DNA from: Takakia lepidozioides
Lineage: Eukaryota; Plantae; Bryophyta
NCBI GenBank assembly: GCA_030704615.1
Contig: CM060731.1
Location: 53,816,001 to 53,880,000 of the forward strand
Reading direction: 5' to 3'
DNA length: 64,000 nucleotides
The position numbers and the translations under genes were made by a program. Below the pieces are notes generated by a model. That model was given only the letters and a program-made list of their open reading frames with translations, was not told where the DNA came from and made no database searches. Below are positions 24,801-34,150 of this stretch, in pieces; the first letter of the stretch is position 1; each line of letters opens with the position of its first letter.

Positions 24801-27800
24801 TTGATCTGGAGTCTAGAGGTTGTTTCCACGAAGGCCAAGCTGGCTTTCGGCGAAACAGGGGCTGTGTGGATCATATCTTCACTCTAAGCCAGATTATCCA
24901 GGGAAGGAAAAAAGAAGGGAAACCCACTTATGTTTTTTTCCTGGATGTCAAAAAGGCTTATGACACAGTGTGGAGAGATGGCCTATGGTTCCGCCTCTGG
25001 TCTTGTGGGATCAAGGGAAAGATGTGGAGAGTTGTCCACAACTTGTATGCTCACACCAAAAGCTGTGTCACTGTTAACGGACAGAAGTCCAACTTCTTTG
25101 ACATAGACCAAGGTGTAGCTCAAGGATGTACTCTCTCCCCTCTGCTCTTCAATGTTTTTATCAATCAACTCCTCGAGGATGTGGAAAGTGAGGGATTTGG
25201 GTTAAGGGTGGGTGATACCACCATACCAGCCCTTATGTTTGCGGATGACTTCGCAGGCATAGGGGAGACTCCAACCAATCTCCAGGAGTTGATTGATTGC
25301 GCGAAGAGATACTTTGATCTTTGGGGGCTAGAGGCTAATGTCAGCAAATGTGCAGTGGTAGCATTCAACGACAGAGGAGAGGGAGGAAGTGATCTTAAGT
25401 GGCAGTGGGGTAGCCAAGAGATCCCGGTCCTCCCTTCCTACACTTACCTGGGCGTTGAATTTTCCTCCAATTGTAATTGGGATGCACATATCCGGAAAGT
25501 TGTTCAAACTGGCAAGGGCAAAGCTCTGGGGCTCACTAAATTTTTCCACTGCAGAGGGGTCAACTCTGAGGTTAAGAAAACCATGCTTTGCCGCGTTATT
25601 AGACCTGCCTTGGAGTACGGATCTGCTATATGGGTTGATAACTCCAACCAGGCTAAGTCTCTAGAATCCATTCAAGTGGGGGTGCTTAAGGAGTGTATGT
25701 CAGCATGCTACAAAACAGCCAATGTGGCTGTTCGGGGTGAGTTTGGCATTCCGTCCTTAAGCTCCCGACGAGATGAATTCAAGGTCAGATGGTGGGGTCA
25801 GCTGCAACATACGCCCAACACCAGATATCCCAAGTTAATTGACTCTATATCTTGGAAACAGGACCGCCCTGTCAAACAGGCTAAGTCCTGGCAGAAGAGA
25901 GTAGAAGAGATTCTCAAGGTCCTGGACCTGGATCCGCAAGTCTTGACCCTGCTGGATAAATCTGATTTAGAGGCTGTAGTGTCCGATGCCATGTCTGTTG
26001 CCATGAGATTGTCTGATGAAAATGAAGTTAGGCAGAAAACCTCCCTGAACTTGTTTCCAGTCAGTGACATGGGGGAGGACATCTTGGATGACCTCAAGGG
26101 TCTACCCACTCTCGGCACTAGACTGAAATTTAAACTCAGGGCAGGAAGCCTACCTTTGAACAGCAAACAGAAGCAGAGAGGAAAGGGAGAGTGCAATTGC
26201 CCATTGTGTGGGCAATCTGAAGACAGTATTCATTTTCTGATACACTGTCCGGGGTTCTCTCACCAAAGAGACGCTCTCTTCAACTCTATCAAGGGAATTG
26301 TGCCTGTACCCCTGTTTACCAACTTTGAAAGTCTCGAGGCTGAGCCAAAAGCCCAGGCCCTCCTGAGGCCTAGTTTTTGGGCAAATCACACACAGCAGAT
26401 TGATGCTTGTGTGAAGGGATTTCTAGAGGATATCTGGAAAACCCGGATTAATTCTTTATATGAAGGTAAGTCTTACTACCAACGTCAGCCCCTGACAGAG
26501 GTAGGTTCTGTCCCTTTTGTTCCCGCTCAAACTGGGCGCGGGGTCAATGGCCACAAGGCTACGGCAAACAACGTCTTATGAATACAATATATATGTATAT
26601 ATAGAAAGATAGATGAATGTACTGATAAGATGTTTGCCGTAGCCTTTGTATAGACAATGCGCCCAGTTTGGATGGAAAGAGAGAGAGAGAGAGAGAGAGA
26701 GAGCACCTCATCAATGACAATGGTGGAGATGGCATTGGTTCGCAAGTGTTTAGTTTCAATCAGCCGACTTATGCTCTCTAATGTACCCACCACAACCTTT
26801 GGTGGCTCTGCCTGAACAGATGCAAACAAGAGGGCCAAGATCAATGACATGAAACCATTTGCAACTTCAGGATCTCATCAAAGACTATCAGAAACAAAGT
26901 CACAGCCATATGGTGCGAACAACCAAAGCCAAAGTGCCAAAGTGAAACTCGAGCTAGTGACCTAAAAGCTCTAACATACAGCTCCCACTAAGGGTGTACA
27001 GGCCAATCTGTCAAAGCAACTTTTACTTCTCTCATAATGGATTGAAATATTCTTAAATTCGACCAATATCAATTAGTAGCTTCGAGTTCACAAGTTGAGA
27101 CTGAGCTAAGCAATTTCTGATGCACCATGAAAAATGTTGGAATCACTATTGGGATGATGTAATCTGGAACCTTCAGCCAACTTTTCTGGCGGCTGGAAGA
27201 TCCACCATCCAACAAAGTCATCACTGTGACATTTCCCTTCTCCTTCTTCACCTTGCCTTCCTCTAGAGAACTCCACTCACCTTTCCCCACAAGCATACGT
27301 GCCACCCGAGCCACCTGCAAAGACTCACAATAACCAAAACAACCAGTTATATGTTGGACACTGGGTTCCAGTTTGCAGAAATGAGATCCATGCCAGGATA
27401 GAAGATCTTACACACACATGCGTGCAGCCTAATTGCAAAATGCCTATTTATGTGTGAAACCAAAACTATAATGGTGTCCAAGTGAAGAAAGTCCAAACAC
27501 ACTCTTTCATTTTGCAGAAATGAGATCCATGCCAGGATAGAAGATCTTACACACACACACACACATGCGTGCAGCCTAATTGCAAAATGCCTATTTATGT
27601 GTGAAACCAAAACTATAATGGTGTCCAAGTGAAGAAAGTCCAAACACACTCTTTCATTAACCTGCATTGAATGTGCCATTAGCTTTAACCCATATAATTT
27701 TTATGTCCATCCACCTGCTTCCAGTACTGTCTCCCTCTCTCATTTGCCAATCAACGTTACTGTTGATTTTGAAACTGGAATGCATGAGCTATGGAAGTCC

Positions 27801-29114
27801 CCCACACAGATTGTCACACAACCACTGTGACATCTGCAGAACGCAATGCATAACAGCACCGACTTGTTAATTCATTAGTGTCCAGTACCTGCATGCCCAA
27901 TTCACGGGTCGGGACAACCACTATAGCTTGCACAGCTGCTCGAGTCGGAACAATCTTGGTGAGAGTGGGAAGGAGGTAAGCCAGTGTCTTCCCAGAACCT
28001 GTCTGTATACCATATATGAAACAAGCAAGACAGAAATCATGTATCAAGAAATCCAAACCAGAGCTTCTACAAAGGGCACATCCCTCTTTCACACTAGAAC
28101 CTTGAAGTTACTACAAGAGTAGCCATTTGATGGACCTCATCCACAAATTGCTCATAGAACAGTTTCCCATGCGCAGTGATTAGAACTTATTTTGCAGTCC
28201 AACTTCAGATATAAAGTAACATGTTGAGCTGTCGGGAAATTAAACATTACCTGGGCATGGAGGATGCAGTCTTGACCAGAGAGAATAAGAGGCAAGGCCT
28301 CTTGTTGCACTGATGTGGGATATTTGAATCCCACCTCTTCTGCCCTGTAATTCGACTTCAGTCAGCAAGGATACAATTGAAAGCATCTCTTCCCTGACTG
28401 CGAAGTCTCAGGTCTTCAACCCAAACTCTTGAGACATGAATCCTTTACACCATGCTCTATGTAGCCTTATGAGGCTATGGCAAACAACGTCTTATGAGTA
28501 CATTCTATGTAGCCTTATGGCATCAGAGTACCAGATGAAGGGGAAGATATAAAAATGCACTCCCCAGTAGTGAACTTCCTTTGACCGGGTTTTAGTAGCA
28601 TCCTGACCTCAACTGCATGCGACCATCGATCATCTCCGCTTCACTGCTACCAGCGTCCTATCTGCTAAATTAAGCACTGGTCTGGGTGTCTCAAAACAAC
28701 ATTTATGTCTGGCCAGACGGAAGAACGAGAAAGTTCAAGAAAGATTTACCGTTGCAAAAGGTCTTGGGATACCATGCCTGAGCAAAGCTCCCTCAAAGTG
28801 ATCCTGTCGTCAGCTGTATCATCATTCGGGGTCCCTTCCTGCATCTCTCCATCTCCATTTTCTGTCTTGATGCTGCTCTCTCTTTCTTCCTCATCTCTCG
28901 GTGAAATTGTGGAGATGCCAGAATCACAAAGGGACGACCGTGCTCGCCAAATCAACTGTTTATCGCAATCGGAGCGAGGAAGCTTCAGGGATCTGTACCT
29001 TGAGCTATTATTCGGGAACAACGGAAAGAAAGAGAGAGATTTGTCGGTCAGAACGCTTCCCCAGGTCCTCGTCAATGCAGGGAAGTTTACCAAAGCTCGG
29101 AGCGGCATGGTCAT
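18862..29114 (-). CDS. RH58: DEAD-box ATP-dependent RNA helicase, RH58-like (chloroplastic), 10 coding exons
   Basis: Exons with GT-AG borders: 29114-28750, 28344-28251, 28002-27889, 27314-27171, 26811-26707, 21154-20996, 20652-20584, 20274-20185, 19874-19710, 19140-18862. Motifs: Q-motif GF..PT.VQ, HAQTGSGKT, VPTRELGMQV, DEVD, SAT, AARGLDLP, YIHRAGRTGR. Ser/Arg-rich transit-peptide-like N-terminus. Start codon inferred. Confidence 0.9.
21238..21389 (-). mobile_element. 5'-truncated, diverged 3'-end copy of the LINE family
   Basis: Reverse complement matches the LINE tail (GGCCAAGGCTACAGCAAACAACGTCTTAC..) and the CAAGGTAAGT region. The 5' boundary is approximate. Confidence 0.75.
21398..21833 (-). 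mobile_element. 5'-truncated 3'-end copy (~435 bp) of the LINE family
   Basis: Encodes CNCPMWGQPEDNIHFLILCPGYSHQ and HTQQVDACVKGFVEDIWKT...GHKAMANVL, homologous to the C-terminus of the 23567-26581 ORF. Confidence 0.92.
22091..26581 (+). CDS. LINE polyprotein: N-terminal repeats, apurinic-like endonuclease, reverse transcriptase, CxxC...HxxxxC; one internal in-frame TGA
   Basis: APE motifs ATFN, QETW, GVG, VYMP, LLGDFNARVG, VDYI, SDH. RT motifs NYRGITLL, QAGFR, FLDVKKAYDTV, GVAQGCTLSPLLF, FADD, YLGV. ORFs 22091-23533 and 23567-26581 share a frame (offset 1476 = 492 codons). Confidence 0.9.
22490..22910 (+). repeat. Three 141-bp (47-aa) coding tandem repeats in the LINE N-terminus
   Basis: CCTAAGTG starts at 22511, 22652 and 22793. 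Unit PKCAEPERRVTEGFGTLNGLPILKVYTRRAKS.HGVIVPK.SDGQ. Confidence 0.95.
26617..26671 (-). mobile_element. Short diverged LINE 3'-end copy next to a (GA)n tract
   Basis: Reverse complement reads CAAACTGGGCGC...AAAGGCTACGGCAAACATCTTATCAGTACAT. (GA)n follows at about 26677-26703. Confidence 0.85.
27372..27658. repeat. Tandem duplication of ~140 bp in an RH58 intron
   Basis: Units start at 27372 and 27511 and are near identical apart from the length of the (CA)n tract. Confidence 0.92.
28472..28503 (+). mobile_element. 32-bp LINE-tail insertion with 16-bp TSD
   Basis: AGGCTATGGCAAACAACGTCTTATGAGTACAT flanked by TCTATGTAGCCTTATG at 28456-28471 and 28504-28519. Confidence 0.9.
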
Positions 29115-29299
29115 ATTCGAACGAAATGAGGGCAGAGACGCATGTTCTGCCAAAAAGACCTTCGCCCGTAGTTGCGTTAACTGAATGGCACTCGTCTTCC
29201 ACACACCTGTATGCCCTGCCAATTGTTTCTTCCACAAGCAAGTACCCAGCCTGGGACCGCCTCAACCCGTGGACTCACTCATACCGGTAACAGGTATGA

Positions 29300-30000
29300 A
29301 TGAAGGGCAAGAAAGTTGCCTGCTATACCTGTGGCTCCCTTGAGCATTACACCAAATTTTGTACCTATGTAGATCTTGTACCAGGACTCATTGTCCAGTA
29401 TGAGAGAGACAAGAAAGGAAAAAGGTCTTTAAACGAAGGAGATTGCCTGTACAGGGGCCAGGCGATGACCAAGTCACAAACCCTGTTCAGCAGAAGCCTG
29501 TGAGGTCAGCAATATTATCTAGGGAGTTTAAATTGATGCATTGTGCAGCTGATAGAAGAATGAGGAAGGAGCCTGCGTGTGCATACATAGGAATGCTCCA
29601 GATTTGACCCAACTTTGCTCATATGGGGCCTAGACTCTGAAGCAGCAAATGATTGATTTCTTCTGGGTAACATCTCTAATTCTTCAAGGGAGATGCGCAT
29701 GATGTTTGACCTTCTTTCATTCTGATGGTTTTGTTGCAGGAAAATTAGTACATTTCTGTAAGTTTTAGAGAGATTCTGTTTTTGCTGATGCACACCCTGC
29801 ATACATGTACGCACACTCTCTGGGTGGAGCTGATGGCTTGCATACCTCCTATGGGGATTGAAGATGAAGGGAATAGCTGAAAATATGTGGATATTGACAT
29901 CTACAGTAGCTCCTCAAACTTATTTCCTCTATTTGCAGCAATCTGTGATCCCTGGCCATAAATGATGCTGTCGAGTGGAATGTCAGTTGTTAGGTGAGAA
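29300..30000 (+). mobile_element. LTR-retrotransposon gag relic (zinc knuckle)
   Basis: CYTCGSLEHYTKFC is an exact CX2CX4HX4C knuckle. Downstream sequence is stop-riddled and the extent is uncertain. Confidence 0.45.
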
Positions 30001-30304
30001 AACTTAACTCACCAAGTTCATCTCTCAAATGACCATGAACCCCCTTGAGATCCTCACATGACTAGTTAGCTGACGGCACCTGCTGGAATGGGATTGCTTG
30101 TTGGCCTTCCTAGGGGACCTCTATTTCAATTGCTCTCGTACACCAAGTGAGCATAGATCAGAATCTACTGCGTTTAATTTCCCGACTGATGACCTAAACT
30201 CAGATTGCAAAGACTTGGCTCTTTGACTAAAAGAATATGGACATATTACAACATTCCACCCTCACAGTTCTGCAACGCACTCCCTTTTTGTGCATGTTTT
30301 TCTG

Positions 30305-32281
30305 TCACCAGTAATCCCCGCAAGAGCAAACCCCATCTTGGAAGTGGTGAAAACGATTGGAGTCCCGTACAACAATTGCTCGCCTAACTATCTTTGAGAT
30401 GAATCTGGTGGCTGTGTGGCAGTCACCACACACACGAAGGTTTTTGATGATACGGAGAGGCATCCCGGGGGATGTGCTGATGAGGCCAAAAGCAATGGCC
30501 AGCTTCTCACTGTGGTAGCAAAGAAAAATTTCCTTCTGCTCCTCTTTCACATTATGCAACACAAAGCGCGTCTCAGGCAAGTACCCGGCCTCCTTCATCT
30601 GTCCAGACAGTCTCTTCAGCTCAGCATGGATTTCTTTGATTTGCGGGTGCACTTTGTCATCTACAATGAACGTATGCACGCAGTTGTTGACCTCAATGCG
30701 ACAGTGACCTGGATCCTTTCTGACACCCCGGTCCTTCATCATTTTCCTCACCTTTGCAGTATCATCCCACCTGCCAGCTGCAGCATAGATGTTCGATAGC
30801 AGCACATACGTTGCAGCATCCTGTGGATCCCACTGAAGAAGGCACTTTGCTGCACGTTCTGCTACACCCACATTACCATGAATTTTGCTTGCACCAAGCA
30901 AGGCTCCCCACACGGCAGCATCTGCTTTCATTGGCATTTTGTTAATGTAGTCTTCTGCGTCATCCAATCGCCCTGCACGGCCAAGAAGGTCTACTATGCA
31001 GCCAAAATGCGCCACTGTAGGGGTGAGGCCGTGATCTTGATTCATGGAATTGAAATAGTGACAACCTTCATCCACTAGACCCACATGGCTACATGCAGAG
31101 AGAACACTTATAAAGGTAACATTGTCCAGCTTCAAGCCTTTTCTTTGCATTTGTTCAAATAGTTGCAGGGCTTCCATACCACATCCATGCTGAGCGTACC
31201 CTGCAAGCATCGCATTCCAAGAGACCACATTTCGTTCAGCCATACGGTCAAACACTTGGCGTGCATCCTTCATGCTCCCGCATTTGGCATACATGTCAGC
31301 AAGGGCAGTCTCTAGAACAATGTCTGGAGCAATCCCAGCTTTGATAATGTCTGCATGAACCTCTTTGCCCTTTTCTAGGGCTGCCAGGCCGGCACATGCC
31401 TTCAGAATGCAAATGAACGTAACCCTGTCGGGTGTTACCCCTTTCCATATCATTTGCTGGTAAATCTTGACAGCCTCCCAACCACGACCGTGCTGAGCAT
31501 ATCCTGCAATCATTGCACTCCATGACACCACATTGGGCGTCAAGCCTTCCTGTTGCATTTGTTCAAGTAGTTGCAGGGCCTCCCTGCCACACCCACGCTT
31601 AGCATATCCTGCAATCATTGCACTCCATGAGACCACGTTTCGTTGTGCCATATTGTCAAACACTTGATGTGCATCTTTCATACTTCCACATTTGGCATAC
31701 ATGTTGACGAGGGAAGTCTCCAGAATGATATCAGGCACTATTTGAGCTTTGATGATGTCACCATGGACCTCTATGCCCTTGTCCAGGGCTGCCAGGTTGG
31801 CACACACCTTTAGAATGCAAGTGAATGTGACCTTGTCTGGTGTCACCCCTTCACATATCATTCTCTCATAGATCTCGAAGGCCTCCATATCACGCCCATG
31901 CTGGGCATACCCTGCCACAATTATACTCCACGTAAACTTATCTCGTTCAGGCATTCTGTCAAACACTAGGTGTGCATCCACCACACTTCCACACTTGATA
32001 TACATATTGAGAAGGGTGTTGAGAAGAATGATGTTTGGTTCGACTCCACTTTGAATAATGTGAGTATGCACCTGCTTTCCTTCTGCTAAGCCTCGAATCT
32101 TGATGCACTCCTGCAAGAGACAGACATAAGTACTGGAGTCTGCCGAAATGCCTCCTTGGTTCAAAATAATCAGCGCCTCATTCAGTTGTCCTGCCTTACA
32201 TAGTTTCCTCAAATCCTCAGAGGTTCCAGAAGACTTCATGTTGACTCCCACACCGGGTCCTCTTTCAAAAGCAGTGGTCAT
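30305..32281 (-). CDS. Intronless PLS-class PPR protein with E1/E2 and complete DYW deaminase domain (organellar C-to-U RNA editing factor)
   Basis: Uninterrupted ORF from the first ATG (32281), 658 aa: P-L-S arrays, VDLLGRAG, LLSNIYAAAGRW, PG box KDPGHCRIE, HSEKLA, LRVCGDCH, ending CSCGDYW. Confidence 0.96.
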   Translation of the reverse strand: MTTAFERGPGVGVNMKSSGTSEDLRKLCKAGQLNEALIILNQGGISADSSTYVCLLQECIKIRGLAEGKQVHTHIIQSGVEPNIILLNTLLNMYIKCGSVVDAHLVFDRMPERDKFTWSIIVAGYAQHGRDMEAFEIYERMICEGVTPDKVTFTCILKVCANLAALDKGIEVHGDIIKAQIVPDIILETSLVNMYAKCGSMKDAHQVFDNMAQRNVVSWSAMIAGYAKRGCGREALQLLEQMQQEGLTPNVVSWSAMIAGYAQHGRGWEAVKIYQQMIWKGVTPDRVTFICILKACAGLAALEKGKEVHADIIKAGIAPDIVLETALADMYAKCGSMKDARQVFDRMAERNVVSWNAMLAGYAQHGCGMEALQLFEQMQRKGLKLDNVTFISVLSACSHVGLVDEGCHYFNSMNQDHGLTPTVAHFGCIVDLLGRAGRLDDAEDYINKMPMKADAAVWGALLGASKIHGNVGVAERAAKCLLQWDPQDAATYVLLSNIYAAAGRWDDTAKVRKMMKDRGVRKDPGHCRIEVNNCVHTFIVDDKVHPQIKEIHAELKRLSGQMKEAGYLPETRFVLHNVKEEQKEIFLCYHSEKLAIAFGLISTSPGMPLRIIKNLRVCGDCHTATRFISKIVRRAIVVRDSNRFHHFQDGVCSCGDYW

Positions 32282-32353
32282 GGTGGTGGTGCCTGACTGA
32301 AACAACTGTGAGCCCACAAGAAGGTGCACCTCACACTTGACACACTCTAGAGA

Positions 32354-32869
32354 ATGTACTCATAAGACGTTGTTTGCCGTAGCCTTGTGGCCATTGACCC
32401 CGTGCTCAGTTTGAGCGATACACAAAGGGACAGAAACTACCTTTGACAGGGGCTGACACCGGTCGTATGACTTACTACACAACTACATCGCTGTCCACAA
32501 CCACACAACACATGTGCACACCAAACACTAGTCTATCACTAGTCCACCACTAGTGCACCACTAGGCTGTCACTAGACAACCCCTAGTCCACCACTAGGCT
32601 GCCACTAGCCACCACTAGTGCAGCCACTAGTCCAACCACTAGGCTGCCACTAGCCACCACTAATGCAGCCACTAATCCACCACTAGGCTGCCACTAGCCA
32701 TCACTAGTGCAGCCACTAGTCCAACCACTAGGCTGCCACTAGCCACCACTAGTGCAGCCACTAGTCCATCACCTTGATACAGACAATTGATCCGAGTATT
32801 CCAGATATCCTCCAGAATTCCCTTTACACAAGCATCAATCTGCTGTGTGTGGTTTGCCCAATAACTAGG
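32354..32869 (-). mobile_element. 5'-truncated LINE 3'-end copy split by a repeat-rich insertion
   Basis: 32771-32869 and 32354-32475 match consecutive parts of the LINE 3' region (about 26370-26587). Confidence 0.88.
32525..32766. repeat. CCACTAG-based tandem repeat (about 43-44 bp higher-order unit)
   Basis: CCACTAGGCTGCCACTAGCCACCACTAGTGCAGCCACTAGTCCA occurs about four times. Confidence 0.9.
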
Positions 32870-33659
32870 TAGAGTATTGATTTGTTAGGGACTAGTCTCT
32901 TGACATCTGTCAGGTTCCTGAGATCCTCTTTTCTTAATCAACCCGTGCAATCTAGGTGCCCACTTTCAGAAACATGGGGCGAATGTATGCATCCTAACGC
33001 TTGCAGTCAACGTCCTTTGAGAGCAAGCAGACCTCCCACATAGTGGAAAGTCCCATTTACACTAGTCCCAAGACATATATCATAGCTTCCATCCTCCTTT
33101 CTATCTCGACTCGTGCAATGTAGGGGCTCCCTTGCCCACCGCTCTTGCCTCCATATGCTTGCAATCACCCCCATATTAAGCAAACATGGCTCCCCCTTTC
33201 AATTTTCGAATGTGCCCAAATTTAACCAAAAACACTGACGGCTCCCACATTGAGCTTAGATCGTCACACCCAGCAAAATTGCAGAGCTCTTCAAACCTTA
33301 CCACTTGTGCCTAAATTAAACAAAACTTAATAAGGGATCCCCCATTCAACAGCAATCCGACATGGCTCCCCTTCAAATTTTCCAAATTAAACACAACATA
33401 ATGACCCCTCACACATGAACAGTAGCCGACTGCAATGCAATTTTCTTGCCAGAAAACCCCTTGGCACAGAACAAAATGAAGGGAATGTATGCCCAAACAC
33501 TCCTACATTTTCGGAAAACCCTCAATGCGTATGCAACCTGGCATTCAAAATCAAAACATAGAGTTGAAGATGCCAGTCGATTGGAACGCTCAGACTTCCG
33601 TACCTTCTTCAGTCAAGTGAACTACTTTTCTGTGAACGATCCCAGGATAAAGCTGCCAC

Positions 33660-33815
33660 TGTGCTGATATTTCTCCGCCGCATGCTTTGAACACAGATGA
33701 TTTCTCCATCACTACAGGCCCGCAAAGTGAATGGTATGTATGGCGGCAAGTTTCAACCGCCACATTCATAATGCTTGAGTACAATCCCAAACCACAGACA
33801 GGGCAGAAACATATC
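33660..33815 (-). other. RING-H2-like zinc-finger fragment
   Basis: CPVC-x15-CRHTYHSLC-x10-FKAC. The seventh ligand is F instead of C. No convincing gene model. Confidence 0.45.
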
Positions 33816-34150
33816 ACGATGCAGCAGCCGCCAGCAGAGCGAGAATCAATGCGCCATGCAAACCTTCCTCCACGCTCCACCACGCGAGACTGCAGCGTCG
33901 CCTGCTGCATTGCATGCTTGTGTGAGCTCTGCGTGCTGTAGAGTGAAATAGACGCTCAGAGGGATTTGAGCCCGTGACCTGTCGGTTGGGTTCTTGCCCA
34001 GTCCCGACGATTATCGTTCAGTGCGTTCATCGATCATCCGTTGGTTCTTTCTCTCGCAGACCGCGGGCCACTGGGACACGGACACGTGGGAAAGGCTGAG
34101 CAGCGTGCGGTGGTTTGTGGGAGGAGAATCGCGAGCGAGACGATCGATCC

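Larger units (their letters stand above)
21854..26587 (+). mobile_element. Near full-length single-frame non-LTR retrotransposon (APE + RT + C-terminal Cys/His motif; RTE/RTEX-like, clade not certain), antisense in RH58 intron 5
   Basis: 19-bp TSD TATATA(C/T)GTATATATAGAA at 21835-21853 and 26588-26606. One continuous frame from 22043/22091 to 26581, interrupted by TGA at 22088-22090 and 23531-23533. Confidence 0.93.

Noticed and set aside
32476-32770. Insert as a precisely spliced, introner-like intron
   Set aside because: Splicing at the available GT/AG would remove one extra G and not restore the LINE sequence.
33952-33990. tRNA T-arm/B-box-like motif on the minus strand near the UPF2 start
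   Set aside because: No matching 5' half or A box, so no cloverleaf can be built.
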